In this document: positions 17,538-22,914 of the stretch, piece after piece | Numbering within the stretch: position 1 is the first letter of the stretch | How the letters are laid out: every line of letters begins with the position of its first letter | From: Oligoflexus sp. | GTDB lineage: Bacteria > Bdellovibrionota_B > Oligoflexia > Oligoflexales > Oligoflexaceae | Direction: 5' to 3' | Assembly: GCA_041736305.1 (NCBI GenBank) | Contig: JBGSTX010000170.1 | Span: 1 to 22,914, forward strand | Length of the DNA: 22,914 nucleotides | Notes under the pieces: generated by a model | The model's input: only the letters and a program-made list of their open reading frames with translations | What the model was told of the DNA's origin: nothing | Databases searched by the model: none | Made by a program: the position numbers and the translations under genes

Positions 17538-18329
17538 TTACTCGATTGATATAAGGGCACTCATACCGGGGCGCAACCCGGCGATGGGTGCATCGGGGCG
17601 AGCCCTGATTTCAAAAGTCTTGATATCAAAGCGACCCGATTCGCTGGTCGAGCGCCATTTAGCAAAGGAGCCTAAAGATGAGATATAGGTGACTTTCATC
17701 TCAATTTTCTGATCGATGGCTGGAACGCGGACTATAAGAGGCGCACCCTTTTTTATAAACTTTAGACGATCCTCGCGGACGTTAAAAGTCACCCATTGAT
17801 CGTTGAGGTCGACCATAGTTACAACCGGATAGCCGGGTGAGACCAGCTCCCCGACGTTGGAAACTATGCTGACCACTTCGCCGTCGATAGGTGCCTTAAT
17901 TTGAGTTTCGGTCAGAGCTGCTTCAACTTCGCCGATCGATCCCGCGGATGCCGAGACTTTCTGTCGGGCTGCTTCATAGCGGTAAAGGGCTTCATCTACC
18001 TGCTGCTGCGTTACGGCCCCATTCTTAAGGAGGCGATTGAGGCGTTCATAAGTCGTCTGCGCCAGGCGAAACTGCTCGGCCGCTTCGCTGCTGCCGGCTT
18101 TTGCGGACTGCATTTTTGCCTGAATTTCTGCGCTGCCGAGGATGCCCAGGGGCAGATCTTTCTTAACCTCCTGACCTTCAGTGATCAAAATTTTCTCGAT
18201 GCGCCCGGCCACCTTAACTCCAACATCTATCTGGGTGGCTTCTACCTCGCCGGCAAACTCTTTTTCATTGTTTTTTTGGCAGCTGCTAAGGGCTATCATT
18301 GCTGTGAATATCAAAATCCGCTGCTTCAT
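17538..18329 (-). CDS. HlyD family periplasmic adaptor, predicted lipoprotein
   Basis: Lipobox LSSC, lipoyl halves 'KVAGRIEKILITEGQEVKK' and 'IKAPIDGEV..GELV', coiled hairpin, 'LRPGMS'. Confidence 0.92.
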   Translation of the reverse strand: MKQRILIFTAMIALSSCQKNNEKEFAGEVEATQIDVGVKVAGRIEKILITEGQEVKKDLPLGILGSAEIQAKMQSAKAGSSEAAEQFRLAQTTYERLNRLLKNGAVTQQQVDEALYRYEAARQKVSASAGSIGEVEAALTETQIKAPIDGEVVSIVSNVGELVSPGYPVVTMVDLNDQWVTFNVREDRLKFIKKGAPLIVRVPAIDQKIEMKVTYISSLGSFAKWRSTSESGRFDIKTFEIRARPDAPIAGLRPGMSALISIE

Positions 18330-18331
18330 AG

Positions 18332-19759
18332 TCAGTCACCCTTTATCGCTTCAGCTTCACCCGTCAATCTTTTGAGCTGAAAATAGGCAAAGTTGTAATC
18401 AGAAAGACATTTGAGTCGTGCTAACTTGGTCTGGGCTAGAGAATTGTATGCGTCAGTCACATCAATCGATCGAGCAGTGCCGCCTTTGAAGGCTGCTTCT
18501 GTGAGACTAACGCTCTCTGTGGCAACGGTCACCGCAGATTCAAGGAATCTGAATTGCTTTTCTGAACTAGCTAGTTCCGAATAAGCTTTATCAACTCCGA
18601 GTTCCACGCTTTGTAAAGCTGAATCGATCTGCTTCTTTACAGCGGTTTTCTCAGCTATGACGGAAGCTATGGTCTCGCGTGTCTCGCCACCGGAGTAAAT
18701 GTTCATTTTTAAACCTAACCCTACCACCCACTCGGGCTCGGTTGCAGTGAGGTATTCTCTATAGAGTTCATAGCGGCCAAAGGCAAAAATAGTTGGTAAG
18801 TGGTCTGCTTCGATGCTGTCCTGCTTCTGCTCGAGGAGGCTAGCGCGCTCTTTAGATATGAGTATGCGCTTGTTTCCCTTGCTGGCTCTCCTGCGTATGC
18901 TTTCAGCTGAACCCGCTTGACCGTTGATAGAGAGTTCTGTCGTTAGGCGGCTTTGTGAAACATCCTCATTCACAAGACTGTTGAGAGACTTTCGAGCTAA
19001 ATCGAGCTCGTAACTTGCTTTTATATGGGCTGCCTCAGCCTCTTGCACTTTGACTTCGGCATTTAGCATATTGATGCGAGTAATTTGACCTTCTTTGAAG
19101 AGGTTTTTACTTATCGAAAAATGCTCTTTCAAACCATTGAGAACTTCAGATCTTACGCGCAAGTTAAGTTCCGCGAGCTTGATACTGAAGTAAGCCTGGG
19201 CCGCACTTACGACAATGCGTTCGACCGTGTCGCTACTCTCTAACTGCGCTACTTTAAGTTCGGTGCCTCGGGCCGTTTCATTAGCTACTAGACGGCCCCC
19301 GGCATAGAGAGGCTGATTGAGAGTCACAGCAGAGTTGAAGTAGTTTTGCTCTTGAAGCTTGAGATTAAAGGCTGGAATCGACTGGTTCAGTTGATTTGCC
19401 GCTGTAGCGCCAGCGGCTGCTCCTCCCGCAGAGGTTGCCGCTACTTGTCCACTCCCAATAATAGAGCGACGAATGGGTTCAAGATTGAGCTCGATAGGGG
19501 CGTTGAGATGACTGTATCGAGCCTCAATATCGATTTTCGGATAGAATCGACTCTTTGCAGCTTCGTAGTCGTGCTGCTCGATTGTAATCATATCGCGGGA
19601 TGCAGCGACATCCAGATTCTGGCGTTTAGCCTTAGCAAGAGCTCCACTCAAGGACAGGTCCCCACCCAACGCCCTGCCCATTGCTGTGAGATGAATCAAT
19701 AGGGATAAGGAAACAAGCAATGAACCACAGGGCAGTGGCATGGCACACAAGGCTCGCAT
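18332..19759 (-). CDS. TolC family outer-membrane efflux channel
   Basis: Two OEP repeats ('AKSRFYPKI', 'LNQPLYAGG', 'ADHLPTI', 'MNIYSGG', 'FKGG..IDV'). Start probably ATG 19759, because the TTG at 19777 overlaps the AAGGAG RBS. Confidence 0.9.
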   Translation of the reverse strand: MRALCAMPLPCGSLLVSLSLLIHLTAMGRALGGDLSLSGALAKAKRQNLDVAASRDMITIEQHDYEAAKSRFYPKIDIEARYSHLNAPIELNLEPIRRSIIGSGQVAATSAGGAAAGATAANQLNQSIPAFNLKLQEQNYFNSAVTLNQPLYAGGRLVANETARGTELKVAQLESSDTVERIVVSAAQAYFSIKLAELNLRVRSEVLNGLKEHFSISKNLFKEGQITRINMLNAEVKVQEAEAAHIKASYELDLARKSLNSLVNEDVSQSRLTTELSINGQAGSAESIRRRASKGNKRILISKERASLLEQKQDSIEADHLPTIFAFGRYELYREYLTATEPEWVVGLGLKMNIYSGGETRETIASVIAEKTAVKKQIDSALQSVELGVDKAYSELASSEKQFRFLESAVTVATESVSLTEAAFKGGTARSIDVTDAYNSLAQTKLARLKCLSDYNFAYFQLKRLTGEAEAIKGD

Positions 19760-19860
19760 GCAGCCTGCTCCTTCCAAAATTCAAGTCTCAATAAGATTTT
19801 GTTCCATCATGGTAGCTCGTTTTTGGCAGCGTACCAAAGGAATAATTAAAGTAGCTTATA

Positions 19861-19875
19861 AAGGAGCGAAAAACT
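19861..19875. repeat. Left arm of an inverted repeat matching the RBS region (20321-20334) of gene 19946..20320
   Basis: Plus 19861-19875 AAGGAGCGAAAAACT versus minus 20334-20321 AAGGAGC-AAAAACT: 14 identities and one 1-nt indel. Confidence 0.7.
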
Positions 19876-19945
19876 CAGGAGGAGGGTAGAGCAGGAACCC
19901 ACCTTAAAGATGGATCCCCGAGGAGAACAGAGACTATCAAATAGA

Positions 19946-20320
19946 TCAACCTTCAACCAAGGATAGCCGGGCCCGCGCCGGACGCGAGTAACGACCGCGA
20001 CCCTTACCCATTTCACCTACGAGTTTGGAGGCGTTGGAAAAGCATTCATTGCAAAAGCTGTGAGGCTCTGCATTCCTATCTTCGTATACGAGGGCTTCAT
20101 CAACCTCTTCAAGGCAGACGTCACACGAAAAGCTAGTCAGCTGGCGATGGCCTACTATGTCTTCAATATCATTCTCGGTCGCAGTATTGAGATCGAGGTT
20201 TTTAAGCGCAGAAATTGTTTCTAGATCGCGTTTGGTTTTCTTTTTCTGGCTGTAGAGCATTTCCCAGCGCTCAGGAGCGGAGAGAATAAAATCACGCTTA
20301 CTTAGGATGTAAAAGCCCAT
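19946..20320 (-). CDS. Hypothetical protein with CxxC-x17-CxxC zinc-finger-like motif (phage-like orphan)
   Basis: 124 aa, strong AAGGAG RBS, 'SCDVC...SFCNEC', basic C-terminal tail. Confidence 0.75.
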   Translation of the reverse strand: MGFYILSKRDFILSAPERWEMLYSQKKKTKRDLETISALKNLDLNTATENDIEDIVGHRQLTSFSCDVCLEEVDEALVYEDRNAEPHSFCNECFSNASKLVGEMGKGRGRYSRPARARLSLVEG

Positions 20321-20340
20321 AGTTTTTGCTCCTTGAGTAG

Positions 20341-20447
20341 CCTCAGCCGTGCGAGAGCTGGACTGAGGGGGGTGTCAAAACCCGGCATTCACCCGGAGAC
20401 CCTGGATATTTGGCAAAGAAGGTCTCCACAGGCTTTCTGAGTTTGAC
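20341..20447 (-). promoter_or_regulatory. Candidate structured 5' leader RNA
   Basis: Nested stems GTCAAACTC/GGGTTTTGAC, GCCT/GGGT and GGAGACCTT/AGGGTCTCC, then a CCTCAGTC/GGCTGAGG hairpin just before the RBS. The mismatches resolve as G-U pairs on the minus strand. A TAAAAT -10 box lies at 20458-20453. Confidence 0.55.
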
Positions 20448-20637
20448 GTAAGATTTTAAACTTCGCAATACGAGGAAGCACCTATCCATTTCGCCGCATT
20501 AAAAGAAGCTTTTTGAATTTTGGTCTTTCTCGTACGAGGCATGCGTGGGAGGCTTTTGAAGGATACTGACGAGAATTACAATTGTCTCATTAACATGGGC
20601 AAAATATGTCGATTATACGTAAGGAAAATGAAGGTGT

Positions 20638-21480
20638 TTAACGCTTGAACGTAAGAATGCTACCGGCGGAAGCTAGCATTATGCAGGCAATGGCATAGCC
20701 TTGAATTGATGTAATGCGGTCATTTAAGATGGCTGTTCCTATCGCTGTAGCCACGACTGGCTCGAAACTCATGAGGACACCGAAGGTCTTCGTCGGTAGA
20801 TTTTTCATAGCCTGCATTTCCAAAGAGTAGGGCAGAGCACTCGAAAATACCGCTACAAAGAGCGCGAGTAGTGCGGTCTTAGGTTCGATGCTCTGTGAAA
20901 GCAAAGTTTCTGCTCCGAATGGAAGAGTGAAGAGAGCAGCTCCAAGCATCCCCCAAGCGGTGATGAGCCCACTGGGCCCAAACTTTCCCAAACGCTTTCC
21001 AAAAATGATATACAGCGCCCAACAAAGAGCGGCTCCTAACGCAAACATCACACCTAGGGGATCAAGAGTCTGAGGATCTGCTCGATTAGGAAATATAAGG
21101 TAGATTCCGAAGGCCGCCATGAGAGCCCAAACCAGGTCGATAGCGCGCCTCGAGCTGCAGATAGCTAGGGCAAGGGGGCCGATAAATTCCAAGGCAACCG
21201 TTACGCCTAGGGGAATTCTCTCGAGAGCCAGATAAAAGAGAAGGTTCATGCAGCCAAGGGATGAACCGTAGAGGATGATGGGTAGCCATGCTTTACGGGC
21301 TAAGGGTTTAGACCAAGGACGCCAGACCATAAACAGAAGAAGAGCTGCAAGACCGGTCCTAAGAGCTGTGGTTCCCGAGGGACCAAGGATGGGGAAGAGC
21401 TGTTTGGCTACAGAGGCTCCCAGCTGAATCGAGACCATAGCGAGCAGCAAGAGTAAGATCGAGAGCAAATGAGCGGGCAA
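20638..21480 (-). CDS. rhtA: EamA family threonine/homoserine exporter RhtA-like
   Basis: 'SIQLGASVAKQLFP', 'MNLLFYLALERIPLGVTVALEFIGPL', 'CWALYIIFG', 'SSALPYSLEM', 'FGVLMSFEP'. TTG start after GAGGAG. Confidence 0.9.
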   Translation of the reverse strand: MPAHLLSILLLLLAMVSIQLGASVAKQLFPILGPSGTTALRTGLAALLLFMVWRPWSKPLARKAWLPIILYGSSLGCMNLLFYLALERIPLGVTVALEFIGPLALAICSSRRAIDLVWALMAAFGIYLIFPNRADPQTLDPLGVMFALGAALCWALYIIFGKRLGKFGPSGLITAWGMLGAALFTLPFGAETLLSQSIEPKTALLALFVAVFSSALPYSLEMQAMKNLPTKTFGVLMSFEPVVATAIGTAILNDRITSIQGYAIACIMLASAGSILTFKR

Positions 21481-21659
21481 ACTAGGCTCCTCATCAAGAT
21501 GAGTCTGAGTCGAACAGATAGCTCTATCTCGGACCTTGGCGTCAAGCGAGAAGAGATCCTCGCACCCAGACAGCAGGGCGCATTGGCAGCCAAGGAGTGA
21601 TTCGCACGATTTCGTAGGACTCGGTACACTAGAAGAGAACTTTGCAGTGGAGAAGATAG

Positions 21660-22914
21660 TTGGCTATAAGTACTTTTGACATGTTTAAGATCGGAATTGG
21701 TCCCTCGAGCTCGCATACTGTGGGACCCATGCGGGCCGGAATGCGCTTTCTGCTTGGATTAGACGAAAAGCAGCTGCTTCCTCAGGTGCACTCGGTGACA
21801 GTTGAACTCTACGGGTCGTTAGCCCTAACGGGCATTGGTCACGGAACGGATAAAGCTGTCATGCTCGGACTTCTAGGCGAGCAGCCGGATACTGTCGATC
21901 CAGGGAGTATAGAGGGAAAACTGGAGGCCATCCGAAGCAGTGGCTCGCTCCTCCTCAAGGGGCAGCACAAAATCAGCTTCAATCCTCAAAAACACATAGT
22001 GTTTTTTCGTCGAAAATCGCTGCCACTTCATCCTAACGGTATGCGCTTCATCGCTTTCGACGCCGATTACAAGGAGCTGCACGCACGTGTCTATTACTCG
22101 ATCGGAGGCGGCTTTGTCGTTAACGAAGCAACAGCCAAGGAAGATAGGCTGAAGAAAGATACGACCCCAGTTCGCTTTCCCTTCAAGTCTGCCGCAGAGC
22201 TTATCGCCTATTGCCGCGCTGAAGGGCTCCGTATCGACCAGATAATGTTTGAAAATGAAAAAAGCTGGCGCTCAGCCGAAGAAATTGAAGCAGGGCTCGA
22301 TAAGATCTGGAATACAATGAAGGACTGCATCCAGCGCGGATGCGTGAATTCTGGCATCCTACCTGGCAAATTAAAGGTGAAAAGGCGCGCCCCGGATTTT
22401 TATCGCGATCTGACTGTAAACCCGCAGAAATCGCTAAAAGATCCCCTCTCAATTCTCGATTGGGTCAATCTCTTTGCACTAGCCGTCAACGAAGAGAATG
22501 CGGCTGGATCGCGAGTGGTGACCGCCCCTACCAACGGAGCTGCGGGAATCGTTCCGGCAGTCCTTAAATATTACGAAGAGTTCTGGCCAGGAGCCGATAA
22601 GCAAGGTGTTTATCGCTTCCTTTTGACCTCTGCTGCAATTGGAATTCTTTACGCAGAAAATGCTTCGATTTCTGGGGCGGAAGTGGGCTGCCAGGGGGAG
22701 GTTGGAGTCGCCTGTAGTATGGCTGCGGGTGGCTTGGTCGCCGCGCAAGGTGGGACGGTTTCGCAGATTGAAGAAGCGGCGGAGATCGGCATGGAGCATA
22801 ATCTTGGGCTCACCTGCGATCCGATTGGGGGCCTGGTACAAATACCCTGTATAGAACGCAATGCCATGGGGTCTGTCAAAGCAATCAATGCAGCCCGCAT
22901 AGCGCTTAAGCGCG
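21660..22914 (+). CDS. sdaA: L-serine ammonia-lyase (Fe-S dependent, single-chain), 3'-truncated by the window edge
   Basis: Absent from the ORF track because there is no stop in the window. TTG at 21660 after [30 protein letters not shown]... [15 protein letters not shown]... [21 protein letters not shown]... [14 protein letters not shown]... [22 protein letters not shown]. Confidence 0.97.
   Translation, partial: MAISTFDMFKIGIGPSSSHTVGPMRAGMRFLLGLDEKQLLPQVHSVTVELYGSLALTGIGHGTDKAVMLGLLGEQPDTVDPGSIEGKLEAIRSSGSLLLKGQHKISFNPQKHIVFFRRKSLPLHPNGMRFIAFDADYKELHARVYYSIGGGFVVNEATAKEDRLKKDTTPVRFPFKSAAELIAYCRAEGLRIDQIMFENEKSWRSAEEIEAGLDKIWNTMKDCIQRGCVNSGILPGKLKVKRRAPDFYRDLTVNPQKSLKDPLSILDWVNLFALAVNEENAAGSRVVTAPTNGAAGIVPAVLKYYEEFWPGADKQGVYRFLLTSAAIGILYAENASISGAEVGCQGEVGVACSMAAGGLVAAQGGTVSQIEEAAEIGMEHNLGLTCDPIGGLVQIPCIERNAMGSVKAINAARIALKR

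Noticed and set aside
19861-20447. Retron, or complete IS200/IS605 omega-RNA system, suggested by the inverted repeats and stems
   Set aside because: No reverse transcriptase, IscB/TnpB or HNH/RuvC gene is present, and the RNA resemblance is only loose.
21481-21659. Glycine riboswitch ahead of sdaA
   Set aside because: It lacks the GGAGA...CCGAAG...CTCTCAGG aptamer core.
21873-22900. Six short ORFs listed in the track near the window end
   Set aside because: All are shadow or alternative frames of the continuous sdaA reading frame starting at 21660.
1-22914. CRISPR arrays, tRNA/rRNA genes, prophage or integrase modules
   Set aside because: No regularly spaced repeats, cloverleafs, rRNA-like tracts or phage structural/integrase genes were recognised by eye.

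Overview
Bacterial chromosomal accessory/metabolic region of about 23 kb with moderate GC. The gene style (membrane-bound CheA-like kinase without a CheW domain, sigma28 promoter, secreted hydrolase) suggests Bdellovibrionota/Oligoflexia, which is inference only. In order: a decayed IS5-family remnant abutting the 3' end of a PhyH-like dioxygenase; a secreted alpha/beta hydrolase; a Zn alcohol dehydrogenase and a nitronate monooxygenase; a sigma28-driven basic membrane protein; a YqcI/YcgG + DUF1989 pair; RarD; an orphan IorA/CoxS-like 2x[2Fe-2S] protein; a 2H phosphoesterase; an operon of a MauG-type (His/Tyr) di-haem enzyme and two cupredoxins, divergent from a CheA-like sensor kinase; a divergent pirin/LysR pair; a TolC-HlyD-2x ABC-2 permease operon with no ATPase; a Zn-finger orphan gene flanked by RNA structure; RhtA; and a 3'-truncated sdaA that is missing from the ORF track. 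Best candidates for an undescribed system: (1) the MauG-like/2-cupredoxin/kinase module, which has no methylamine dehydrogenase in the window; (2) the Zn-finger gene whose 3' UTR is complementary to its own ribosome-binding site; (3) the haem N-hydroxylase + carboxyguanidine-deiminase-like pair. All family calls come from motif recognition, not database searches.
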